DNA of 64,000 nt from Vicugna vicugna (lineage: Eukaryota): assembly GCA_013265495.1 (NCBI GenBank), contig MU058844.1, positions 6,509,260-6,573,259 on the forward strand, given 5' to 3'. The notes under the pieces are model-generated. The model did no database searches. It saw only the letters and a list, made by a program, of their open reading frames with translations, and had not been told where the DNA came from. How positions within the stretch are numbered: the first letter of the stretch is position 1; each line of letters opens with the position of its first letter. Positions 38,930 through 50,994 of this stretch are shown one piece after another. The position numbers and the translations under genes are program-made.

Positions 38930-39729
38930 AAGCCCTGTCAGTTTAAACTGAAAAGAGTGTAACTCAAACAAACAAACAAACAAAAAAACCCACTGGACAT
39001 CCTCATAATCTTTTATGGGAAATAAACAGGTTAAGAAAAATTACCAGCTGCAGAACAGGGCACTTCTTATGGAAAAGAAAGTATGCTTTGAGAATGGAGT
39101 TAAAAGCCTAGAGGGCAGAACCAAGAGTCACAGAGAACCATTCCTATGGAGTAGAATCAAGTCCTTATTACAGAATTGATGATATGTGCTTAGTTATGGA
39201 CCAAGAACTACCAAGAGCTTCTTGTCTTCTCCATATTGTATGGGAATGACTCTTGTAATTAATTGGTCCTGTCTCACCATTGTATATGGGTATGTGCAGG
39301 CGGGAGTAGGGAGGGAAGACAAGTCTTCATTTAACTTCATAGATCACAGAGTTGAAAACTCTCTAAGAGCAGATCATCTCCTCCTGTATCTGATTTAGAT
39401 GAGAAGTTTCTGTACTTCAACTCTGAGTCTGATGCCACAAGCTGATGAGACTTTGGGATCTTTAGGACATAAGTATCTTTTGTACGTGGGAAGGATGTGG
39501 CTTATTAGGAGCCAGGGGGTAGATTACGGTAGACTGTTACTTTGAGAGCACCTCCCAACAAACCTCACAACCCAATATTGACACATCCACACAGTCCCCT
39601 CCCACATGAGCTGAAAGCTTAGCCAACAGAACATAAGTTAGCATGATGCCAGCAGATGCTTGATAAGCGCTTCATATTGAAGTTTGTCTTTTTGGAACGC
39701 TTACCCTGTAAAGATACCCAAGATAGCAG

Positions 39730-39771
<42 letters not shown>

Positions 39772-39997
39772 GAATTCCAACCTCCCAAGGCACCAGACAT
39801 GCAAAAGACATAGACATTTTGGACATTGCAGCCCCAGCTGCAAATTACATAAGAGACACAGTATGAAGCGGATGAAATGCCCAGACAAGCCTGCCTCAAT
39901 TCATGGCCCACAGAACTGTGAGCAAATCAAATGGTCACTGTTTTTAATTCACTGAGTAAGGTGGTCATTTGTTATACAGCAAAAATTAACAAAAACA
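38930..39997 (+). mobile_element. MaLR internal 3' fragment plus MLT1G/H-like LTR (LTR about 39527-39997), containing a (CA)n(GA)n repeat
   Basis: PPT/LTR junction gagccagggggtagattacggtagactg; cccacagaactgtgagcaaat...tttgttatacagcaaaaattaacaaaaaca. Confidence 0.75.
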
Positions 39998-40211
39998 ATA
40001 ACTATATCATCTGTAAGTAGAGAGAAGTAATTTCCGGGTCATATCACCTAATCATTTCCCTTGTATGGTTCTCACAAGTTTTGACCCTTGACCTCTTGAG
40101 ACCCTAAATTACACGTTATTTTAATAAATTTTTCTTCAAAATTATCATTTCTTAAGTGTACACATGAATTCATTTTATATTTTAAGATAAAGAGTAGAAG
40201 AGAAGACATAC

Positions 40212-40364
40212 CTGTGCATCAATGTACTTTAATTTTTTGCAGTTACTCAGGCTGTGCAAAGAAGTTAATCCACAGCGTCGAAGAGACAGAAACTGAAGAT
40301 TTGTACACTCTGTCAGTGTGGAGACGTTACAACCTGGCAAATCTTGAAATGTAATTGTTGTAAC
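40212..40364 (-). CDS. LRRIQ1: LRRIQ1 coding exon 8 (153 nt, VTTITFQDLPGCNVSTLTECTNLQFLSLRRCGLTSLHSLSNCKKLKYIDAQ), start of LRR array
   Basis: ttctctag|GTT ... CAG|gtatgt; phase 0 to 0; LxxLxLxxC pattern. Confidence 0.95.
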
Positions 40365-43300
40365 CTAGAGAATTCAAGAAAATTGGAGAGCACAGCACTA
40401 TCTGACTATAATGAATATAAACTATTTCAGCCTTGCAAACCTGTTTTTACAAAATTCATCTAAGAAAAGTAATGCTATATATTGAAATCCATATTTATTA
40501 ACAATTCAATTTCATTGAAGCTATCTGGCCATCTTGCCACTTTTGTTTCCTCACAGAAAGGCAAATTAATGCAAACATTTATGATCAATTCAATTCAAGA
40601 GTAATATGCATAGAAGCAATAATATACTCATTTATTAGTTCACTTCCTGATTTTTCACCAAATTCACTTTCCTTGTTTTTCATGTCCTTGGTATTATTTT
40701 CAGAGTTACACTATATAAATGTTTAGGACCCGTGTTTGACAGTATCTTATGGGATACCTGAAAAGTACCAGAAGTCACAACAGGCCAGGGGATAGATTTT
40801 ATATCTAATCTGCCATGCTTCAACTAGAATAGCTCAGTTATCTTTGAAAAGAGAAGCAAGTTTGACTGAGAAGAGATATTATAGAAACTGTAAGAAGTAG
40901 AAACATGCAATAATAATTGAATCATGTAAAACACAAACAACATTCTATTACAAGTCTTCTGTATTAAAAAGGTATGAATTATTCTTTACTACTGAATAAT
41001 GTAATATACCCAGAGCATATAGAATCTGCAGTATAACAAATCATGAATAGTAATTACGTTTACATTTACAACATTTCTTATTATTGAGATATTACTGTGA
41101 ACTCAATACTCCATAAAGCTTTTTTCCTAAGGAACATTTCTCTTTTTGGTTTAAGTCTTTTTAACTAAAGAAAATTCAATATCAAAGAATGTATTTAATT
41201 CTATGGCATGTCTATTAAGGGCTACAATTACAGTTCTACAAGAATATGTCAGGGAAATTTTTTGAGATTACTGAAAAGCAGTCCACTTATTAAACTCAAG
41301 AGATCTCACTCAAGCAAAATTGGCACAGGAATAAGTTAGTAACATGTTAGTTCTTCACTATGATTGAGTCCCAGCACTGAAATAACTGTACGATCTAAAT
41401 CACTTCGTAGGAAGAACTTTTTCATATTTTCATATTGCCACATTACAAATCCTAAGGCTAAGTTTCCTACGTACTGAGTAACAATTTTTAAATTATTAGC
41501 TTTATAGGAAGAGTTTAGTGTATATCATACTCAAAAGAAATTCAAAAAAAGGGTCTATTGAAGTTTATACCACTATTGGTTCTGAAAAAGCTGGAAAAGT
41601 ATAAAATTCTTAACTGCAGTCAATCCTCTACATATGAAGTATTTCCTGTGCATTCAATTAAATTAAGTTTTGAATTTACACATTTATGTAAGTGAATGAG
41701 AAGACCACATGTTCACGGACTATAAAGAAAGGATTAGTCTACTCCTTGCTTTAAGTAGCGAAAGCAGTAACTAATATCTTAAAAAACTTGGTGAATAAAA
41801 TTTTCTAGTTTCATAATTATTTTAGCAATTTCTCAATTACGCATAACCTAAAACAACTTTTGAAACTAATTTCTCTTTCATAACTTTTCAGAGAGAAAAG
41901 TATTCATCCACTTGTGTCAAGATAAGTGCTGTGTAATGCTCATTTAATCTGTCCACAAAGAACTACTATAAATTCTGTAATTGGAAAACAGGCTCTATAC
42001 TAAAACACTGAATGCACTATCCAGACTTGAGCACTTAAAAACTGAAAACCCTACAGCTGCAACTTTATGGTAACAGATGCTACTCTACCTTATAATTTAT
42101 ATTATCCTTCCCGATATAATTATACGCTGCTTACAATCAACTATATAAACATATAAACACAATTAAGTTCTGGCTATTATGATGTGGCGACCTAATTACA
42201 GTGCAGGAATGACAACTGCTGCAGTGTCCTTGTGAAGGTCCTACTTTTGAATATGAGGCATTTCATGCCATTTTCTCCTCCCTTTTATTAAACATTTAAA
42301 ATTTTTTCCTTATGCTATAGAAATTTATTCTCTACCCCACACAACATGTGAAATTAAATAAATTTTTACATCTCTATTTACATCTACATGCATGACAATA
42401 ATCACATAAACAAAACTGCTTTATGCTCCCAAAATTGAGGTCAATACAGAGTGAGTCCTCATAGGTGTTCATTACTGTGTGGTTAGCCTGAAAAAGGGCA
42501 ACTGGGGCACAGTTAATGGTCACTAAATGCTTCCTAAATAACTGAATGAATAAACCTCCCTAGCCCTGTGACAAAACTAAAATATATTTATAGCATTCAT
42601 AGTTTCTTTCCCTTATAAAAGGTAATATAAAAATATTTGAAAAAATAATATTTTAGGGCTCTCGTGATTTGAAAATAAACTGGTCCACCTATAGAAGCTA
42701 TGACTCATTCATTATATTTTAATAAAAGATCACAATTCAGTTTTCCACTTAATCACCTGTATTTCCCCAAATCCTAGACAGTTTTGGTACATAAAACTGA
42801 GTTCACTCTGTTATTCTTGAGTTCAGCCCAAGGAGTGTCAGTCATCTATGGTAAACTAAATGCAAAAGTAATGAAAGCATGACTCTCTGTTTTGCTTTGT
42901 TTGGTGCCACAATCTCAAATCTATTCAACGTGGAGAAATAATATTGTTTAAAAAATCGGCTGCAAAGAGGTAGAATCTGAGCTATGATTAGTGGCTTAAA
43001 GGAAAGAGAATCTAACTTTAATCCTGTACTGTCACACCAGTTTATTACAATTTGCCTTGAATGAAGGAAGTAAGACACTCTGATCTAAAAGTTAATTATC
43101 TCCTAAAATCTTATCCATGCTGTTATAAACTCATAGCAAAAAAAACCAAAAAAACAAAAAAACAAAAAAAAAACCCTTTAAGCTAGTACTCTTTTTTGTC
43201 GCTGTTATTTAAAAGCAAGTTATCATTAGTAGCAAAATATCAAAAATAAAAGAAAAATGAATTAGTTAAAGCACTGAAACTAGAAAAAAATAAAAATATG

Positions 43301-43479
43301 TTAGTTGTCAGTAATCACTGATCCTCAGTCACATCCTTTTGGGATATCATTGCATACGGTACATGGTCCAGCATTTTCAACTCTGTAACTTCTTTGACGA
43401 AACAGGCTATTACTCTTCAGATGTTTGAGATCCACATATGACAATTGACTATTACATATATTAGGGGCCCGAGATCAGA

Positions 43480-43680
43480 TTCTTTACATGTAGTATTTTA
43501 AAACTCAACAATCCTATAAAGTAAATGTTGCTCTTCCCGGTTTACAGAAGACAAAACTGAGGCTTAGAAAGGGAAAGGTGAAGCACCTTGCACAAAGTGA
43601 CACAACTAGTAAACGGCAGAAATAAAATTAGAACCCTGATCTCACTTGACACTGGGCTTGTTAGTGCTTTATTACATTAC
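43480..43680 (-). mobile_element. MIR SINE
   Basis: tttacagaagacaaaactgaggcttagaaaggg...cttgcacaaagtgacacaactagtaaacggcaga. Confidence 0.8.
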
Positions 43681-44286
43681 ACTCAAATAATTTTTATATT
43701 AATTTCCTTTTTAATCAAGTTACACTATTTAAATTGTGAAGCTAATAATAACATGGAGATAAGATTCAGTTGGACTTATTTATCAATCCATTTATCCATC
43801 CTCCCCACTCACCCATCTCATAGTCAAGGAATGAAAATCACTATTTCCTGGCAATACATAAAGCAGTACGGACAAGAGGCAGACTTGATTCATGTCCTGA
43901 AGGTTCAAAGTAAGAGAGTAACATAGGCAAAATGAATTGATTACTGGGTGAAATTCCAGAAGAGTAAAATTTTCTCTTCTAAAAGTCCACTCTAGAAGGA
44001 CTTTACAAAGATGACAGATAAGGATAAAGATCTGAGGCTAGAAGATTAGAAAATCTAAGTAAGAAAGTGAGCTCATGGGTCAGTAGCAGTGGTGAATGAA
44101 GATACCACGATAATCCATCTCTGAAACAGAGTCATTAAAAGATGGTTTTTATAACCCTTCAGCATTTATATGGCACATTCACATTTCTTTTCATCTTTGT
44201 ACTATATATTTGATGCTTCAAGGAAAAATAAAATGTTTGAAATAGTTGTTTGAATAGTGTTCAGAGAATTAAAGGGTCCTTTGGAA

Positions 44287-44435
44287 CACTGCTTCTCAAA
44301 TTAGTCCATGAACCAGTATCAACCCAGGGGCACTGTAAAAACGCAGAACACTGGGGTTGATCAACAAACCTAATGAGTCGAATCAACATTTTAACAAATC
44401 CCCTGATGATCTGTATACACATTACTGCTTGCAAG
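44287..44435. mobile_element. MER5-like MITE
   Basis: cactgcttctcaaatt...cattttaacaaatcccctgatgatctgtatacacatt. Confidence 0.55.
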
Positions 44436-45598
44436 GTTTTACTCTAAGAAGTAAAAGAAAATATTAATCCTCACTTTATGCAAATTGACAAGAATTACAC
44501 AGAAGGAACAGAGTGGGCAGAAGAAGAAACATCAAGGAGAAAAAGGTTCATTCACCTTAACTTCCTCAGTGCTCTTCTCATAGGTCAGAACAGAGACTCA
44601 CAAGAAAAGAGAAGGGGACTACTGGTTTCTCTAGCTTTGGAAACAAATACTGTAGGCAAGAAGCTGTCCCTGATGCCTAGCCCAGATAGATACTCATGAG
44701 GAAGATGACTTTAAATAAATAGAATAGTTAGTATCTAATGTTATCCATTTAGAAAGCCTGCAGTAACATCTTAAAGTAGAAAAAGAATGATTTCACAGAT
44801 AACAAAGCGAAAGAAAAAAATGTAACACAAGAGATATTGAGAAATTCTATACATAGTTCTATAGATCTAATGGATATGAAAAATACATTGCCCAGGAAAA
44901 AAGAGGACACTTCAAAGTAGTTCTTGGACTTTATACTGTTCTTTCACATCCTAGAGATCTCTTTAAATCCCACTACCTTATTATCCTCTCACAGAATACC
45001 TTGAAATCTTAAAGCAAGTATCAAGATATTAATATATTCATCTGTGTATTTGTTTAAAGCCTTTTTGTCCACCAAAGTCAGCTCCATAAGGGTAAAGACT
45101 GAGATTTTTTTCTATCCTTCTAATCTAACAGTAAATATGGATTGATCATATTGGAGAAGAATATCTGCTGAGTGAATGAATTAAATAATCCATATGTATT
45201 AATACGAATGCTTCCTTTCCTAGGCATCTGTCTATATCAAGAAACTAGATAAACTTTATTAAATATATTTAAGTTTCAGGTCCTAGCTAAATATATGAAT
45301 TTTAATCGTAAGTCTTTCCTAGTATTGCACTATTTAAAATAGTCTTTCCTGTTTTTCTACACATTTGTTAATTTCTGTCTTAATTTTGATGGAAACTATA
45401 GACCCCGTAAGAGGAAAATTAGTAACATATGGTGACAACTATTTTAAATTTCAGGCATATATTCACCATGTTTACATAGCATGTGTCTAAATAATTATGT
45501 TTTTACATAGATATTCTAGAGTCTTCCACTGTTGTAAGCCCTTCTTTCACAGTATTTGTGAAATCCAGTTCAGGGAAATCCACTTCATTCTGGAAGGA

Positions 45599-45615
45599 GC
45601 CACTAGGTGGTGCTC
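45599..45615 (+). promoter_or_regulatory. CTCF-like motif
   Basis: gCCACTAGGTGGTGCTc versus core CCACYAGRKGGCGCT (one C>T). Confidence 0.45.
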
Positions 45616-45989
45616 TGGCCCAGGACTAAAAGCAAACTAACTCCTAACGGGAGTATAAAGTTAGGAGTTTCCCACTCTAATTCAACCCTACATTCCCAGA
45701 TGCCTCTGTTCTGGGAAGCTTGATAATGGCTGCAGGGCCCTTGAACCAGGTTTCAAGATGGAAATCAAAGCTCTATATAGTGCTTCACTGAAGGAGTAGA
45801 TGCCCTAAACAATTTTAAATGAGGAAATTTTTACAATACATCTCTTCTCAAATGGGAGCAATATTTAATGAAGTACTCATTGATTAAGAGACAGAATTCT
45901 TGGATCAAAATAGGCCTTCTATGAAGATTTTTAAAGTTACATTTTAGAGAATCAATTAAAATCCAATATGAAAATGCATTATAAAATAC

Positions 45990-47621
45990 CTGCTGTAAAG
46001 TATTCCAAGGACCACATCGAAGAATTTGTAGTGTGTTCAAAGGGGGCATCACGTTGGCTGGGCATTTTACAAGTCTTTTTCTCTTAACAGTTTTCTTTTG
46101 TTGATTTTGTTTGAAAATTTCAAACCAAGGTTTAAATGATTTTATCCAAGCTAGCCTCTTTTCTTCAATAGAAGATAGAAGTGCTGGTTCTGGTACAGAG
46201 CAGGTCACCATATTTTCACATTCCTCTCTGTTTTCATGACATTCTTCTGGAATTTCTTTAATCTGAGACTTCAGAGAGTTTATTTCTTTAAAAACCAAAG
46301 AGTTTTTTGCATTAGAGCCACCCAAGTCTTCACAAGGAGCATGTCTACCTAAAATATGATTTTGCTTGTTAATTTTACCTTCTACATTTGTCAAAGCATC
46401 ACTGGTGTTAAAAACGACATCACTATTCAGTGCACTGTCTTTTGGGTTAGTTTCTTTAGATTTTATATCAGTTTCATTTTCCTGTATTACATCTTCTCCT
46501 ATATCTTCAGAACTTTCTAATTTTAGTGGTAGTTTTTGTTTCATTGGAATCACTGAAATTCTCCTCTTATCACTCTCTTCACATGACATTCCATTCTGTT
46601 CTAATATCCCTTCTTTTTCTACTTTTCGTGACTTATTTTGTTGATTATCATTGGTTGCCCTCAGTGCGTCGTTGTTTCTCACCTCCTTCATCTCTTGATT
46701 ATGCCCCAATATGATTGTTCGGGCCTCTTGTCTCGTGGTCTCTTTTATGGCAGGTTTCATGACTTCCTCTTTTTGTATTGGAGACTTTAATTCTTGCAGC
46801 TGAAACTCTTCTTTCACATTTTCTTTTAGATCTGGGTCTTCTAATTGAGTGTTTTTGTCTATATTTTCATTTTTCCTTGCTTGCTTACCCAATTCTTCTG
46901 CACACTGTTTTGCTAGGTTTTCACTTTTTTCTTCCATTTTAAATTCTGCCAAGATTGCTTGGTTTGATACAGGTTCTCTGACTTGCACTTGCATTGATTC
47001 CTTCAACACAAGCTGTCTGCCTACATTTTCCCTCTCATTCGATTCCTCAGCTAGCCAAGGGGTAACATCTTCCCACTCCTTTGACGTCTCATCCCCTGGA
47101 CTTTCAGCTACATTACCCTTTCTCTTTGAGGCATCTTCAGCAGTTAACTGTTTGGCATTATATTCTCCCTTCCTTAATGCTCTGCATGTGATTAGCTGTT
47201 TTCTTGCCTCTTCTCTTAATCTCAATTTTTCCTTGTTTAGTAGTTGCTCTCTTACTTGTCTCAGGATGTTCTTTTTTTCTTCATATTCTTTTTCTCTCCT
47301 TTTCCTTCCCTCTTGCTTCTGCTTTTTTATCTCTTCTTCTATTCTTTGTTCCTCTTCTAATTTTTTCCTTTTTTCTTCTTCCATCTGACGTATTTTTGCT
47401 TCCTTTTCCTTCCACTCTTGCACTTTCCTTTTCTTGCTTTCTACTTGTTCCTTTATGAGTGGGCCATATTTTTGGTAAGCCACGAATGCTTTATATTTAG
47501 CTTGAATTTTCACAGCTGCATTATGCTGCAGTTTTAACAAACGCATTTTTTCTTTTTCCTGTAGGTCTTTAAATCTTGCTCTTTCTTCTTCCATTTGTAA
47601 GTGCAAGTTTCTAATAAATTC
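45990..47621 (-). CDS. LRRIQ1: LRRIQ1 large coding exon 7 (1632 nt, 544 codons): IQ motif, charged helix, long linker
   Basis: Same frame as ORF 45831..47606; actttatttag|GAA TTT ATT AGA ... CAG CAG|gtattt; IQ motif AAVKIQAKYKAFVAYQKY at 47466-47519. Confidence 0.96.
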
Positions 47622-49234
47622 CTAAATAAAGTAAGATAAATAGCAGTCAACATAAACTAAACGTGTGATGTCACTAAAATATCACTTGAAACACAGACTG
47701 AAAACAAATACTAAAATTGAAGTCACAATAAAGATAGTATAAAAGTCACTTAGAAGAACTAAAGTAATTTATTTTGAATGGTATATTAATTTTTAAAATA
47801 TTTAGTTGCTTCTATCAAGTTAGTAAGTTGATACTTTAATATGGTTATACCATGCCACACAGATACAAATTAAGGAATTCCTTGAAGACAGAAAGCATAT
47901 GAAATCAGAATGACACAGAATAAAAAGCAAGAAAAACTATAAGCTAAAAATCGTGTAGGAGAAAAGGACTTCAAACTTTCTGAGATGGGAGTTCTGATAA
48001 AAGGACTTCCAGATTGAGCACAGAGAATACAGAATCAGGGAATTATTTTGTGAGACTGATCACAGCAGGAAGGTGACGTAGTACATACATATAAGCCACG
48101 CGAAGAACTAGCCTAGTCACACATCTTATCCTTTCTTAACTATTAAGGGAGTTGATAAGCACATACTGCATCAAATGAGATAATCTGGAGGTGGGTGAGA
48201 AAATATCATTATCACTGAAGTCCTAAAACAAAAGTAAAGAGGTCAACAAAATTTGGCAAATAGTTGATGAAAACTAACACAAAGAATGTGAGGCAATGAA
48301 ATGGTTCAATAAGCAGAAGGCAAAACCAATTTCTGAGAAGAGAGCTATTTAAATCAAGTAAAATTAAAATAAAGGTATTTTTAATAAAAACGTTTAAACA
48401 GGAAACACCTCATATAAAATGAAATGCAAGTGCTCAATAAAAATTTATGACTCACTCAAACAAACAAAAATCAAGATAAAATGGCTGACCAGCTGATTGC
48501 CTAAAGAAAAACTTCAAAATTAGGTGTTTCCTAGAACAACATACAAAACAACAAAGCCATGAAATATATGACACAGATATTCAGAACCAAGGAAAAAAAA
48601 GGGAAGAGAATAATAGAAATGCATGTTTTCTAAATCAAAAAAGGCCATAAGAGAAAGAGCTGGGTTAACCTCTTACACACACACACACACACACAGGCGT
48701 GTGCACAATAATACACTCATATGGATGCTAGCAATATTTTGGAATCCTAAGGAATGTAACCTCCATGAAGGCAAGGATTATTTTCTGTTTTATTCACCGC
48801 TGTATCTTGAGTACTTAGAGAAGTGCCTCGCACACAGTGGAAAACCAGCAAATATGTGTGGATGAATGTAAAAAGTGAAAAATTCTAAAGCTTCAAAAGA
48901 ATGCAATGAATGAGTATCAAATTTGCAATCATAGAGAGCAGGTGAAAAAATACATAAACATGCAATGGAGTTATATGTTTAAACCGCTAAAACTAAACAG
49001 TAATAAACCTGGATTCTGTATCCAAGAAAAGAAATCATTCAGTTTTAAAAGTAAAATCAAAACATTTTCAGTTGTCCAAACACTGAGAAAATTTGTCATC
49101 CAAAAGTATTTTTTTACAAGTATTTAGGTATATACTCCAGGAAACCAAAACTGAGTCCAGAAAACAGGGGAAGACTGAGGATTCAAAAAACATTAATGAT
49201 CAAAGAAACCCTTAACACTTAGCAGTTAAATTAT

Positions 49235-49960
49235 TTATTCTGTCTTCTTTCTTCCATCATTTCCCTCAAGGAGTCCGCTGGTAGTTTATGGTTGCTCCTT
49301 TGTCGGTAGTGTGCCTTGTTCTCTGGCTACTTTTAAAGATTTTTCTCCTCCTTGTCTTGAATTTCAATAGTTATACTATTAAATTCCCAGGTGTGATTTT
49401 CTTTGCATTGATTCTACTTGAGGATCTTGACTTATCTTCAAATATTCAGATTGATTTTCTAAAAACAATTTGAAACCATTTCAACTATTATCTCTTCACC
49501 CATTGCTTCTGCTCCATTCTCTCTGTCCTCTCCTCCCAAGATTACCATTTATAGATATTTTTATCTTTTCATGATGTATCACATATTTCTTGTGCTCTTT
49601 TCTGCTTTTCCCACTTTTGTTCTCTCTGTGCTTTATTTTGGGTATTTTCTACTGACTTCTCAGTTTCACTAATGTTCTCACCTGCTGTGTCAAATCTACT
49701 GTCCAACTTAGCATTGAACTTTTCAACTCAAGAACATACACTTGATATTTCATTATAGATTCCAATTTTCTTTTCATATAACCTGTTTAATTATTTTGCT
49801 GTTGCATGATAGTTATAAGGATTCTAATGGCTCTCCTGACTCCAACATTTGCATTACCTCCAGGTGAGTTATTACTGTCTTATTTTTTCTTGTCATTCAT
49901 AATGAATCTGTGTCTTCACATGCCTAACCAACTTTTTTTCACTTAAAGATGGACAGTATA
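49235..49960 (-). mobile_element. Old L1 ORF1-region relic, same sense as LRRIQ1
   Basis: Pyrimidine-rich reverse-L1 tract (ttcaactattatctcttc...ttgcttctgctccattctctctgtcctctcct). Confidence 0.65.
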
Positions 49961-50516
49961 AGCCTACTTTTTTCAGACATGTGCTTACATAAAATTTAAA
50001 AAAGACTTGAAGGAAATGCAATGATAGGTGATACTACATTTGGCTGGATTACAGAATTATGGGAAATTTTATCCATTCTTATAATTACTTACAATAATTT
50101 TATATAAAACTGTAGTAAATAAAAGTTAAACCTTAATAAATGTGTCATCAGAATCATCTTAAATTTAAAGGGGCTATTAACACATTCAATTAGTTCTGTT
50201 AAAGAAATGCAGTAAACTTTCATAACAATCCTCAGTCATAATGAAATGTTCATAACAGTGTATTTCTTCAAACCTTAAAAGAAATTTTAGAATTATAATT
50301 TATTATAGACATGTTCACTCACTGAACTACTTTATTTTCATTTTGGGACATTTTATTTCAAGGAGAGTTTCTAATGATTAGTAAATTTTGAAAACTTTAG
50401 TAAATTAAATCTTACACCAACTAGGCAATATTATTCTAAGATATTCATTCCAAGCATAGTAATTTATTTCAAATAAAGAATAATCATTGTGTTGCTTAAA
50501 AACAACAAATCCATAC

Positions 50517-50591
50517 CTGATGCTGTTTAAATTTCTCTTTCCAAATTTTCTCTTCTTTATGGAGTTCATCATTCATCTTGTCCTGTTCTTG
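50517..50591 (-). CDS. LRRIQ1: LRRIQ1 coding exon 6 (75 nt, QEQDKMNDELHKEEKIWKEKFKQHQ)
   Basis: atgttcag|CAA ... CAG|gtatgg; phase 0 to 0. Confidence 0.93.
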
Positions 50592-50994
50592 CTGAACATA
50601 TGATGATATTGAAATACTTTATTCAAATATCAAATAATATTATGTTTATTATATACGATTCTTACAATATTTATAAACAATGATCAAAGATAATAACTCA
50701 TCCAATGGTCCTCAATTATCAGAACTGGGATAACAACTTTAATCTCAACCCAAAATATATAAATGACACTTGGGGTTCCCATTTTGAGCACATAAACATG
50801 TTTGCAATGGGGAGAGCTGTTTTATTTATTTCAGTACATATATTCACATACTAAAGTGCATTGGCTAAAAGTACTGTTGGACAATGCAAAAATTACAAAT
50901 AATAATGTGTGCAAGATAGGTTTTACATTACAATTTTTTTCTCCCCACACCATTCCATTTAATTCACATAATAAATCAGTTCCGAGGGTAATTG

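Noticed and set aside
39619..39955. Four overlapping ORFs with ER/SL repeats
   Set aside because: Translations of a (CA)n(GA)n microsatellite inside an MLT1 LTR
46366..47458. Plus-strand ORFs of 62-179 aa rich in S/F/L
   Set aside because: Antisense shadows of the E/K-rich LRRIQ1 exon; no independent gene signals
45831..47606. 591-aa ORF as a standalone gene
   Set aside because: It is an internal exon with splice sites at 47621 and 45990; the TTG start is internal and the last 52 residues are intronic read-through
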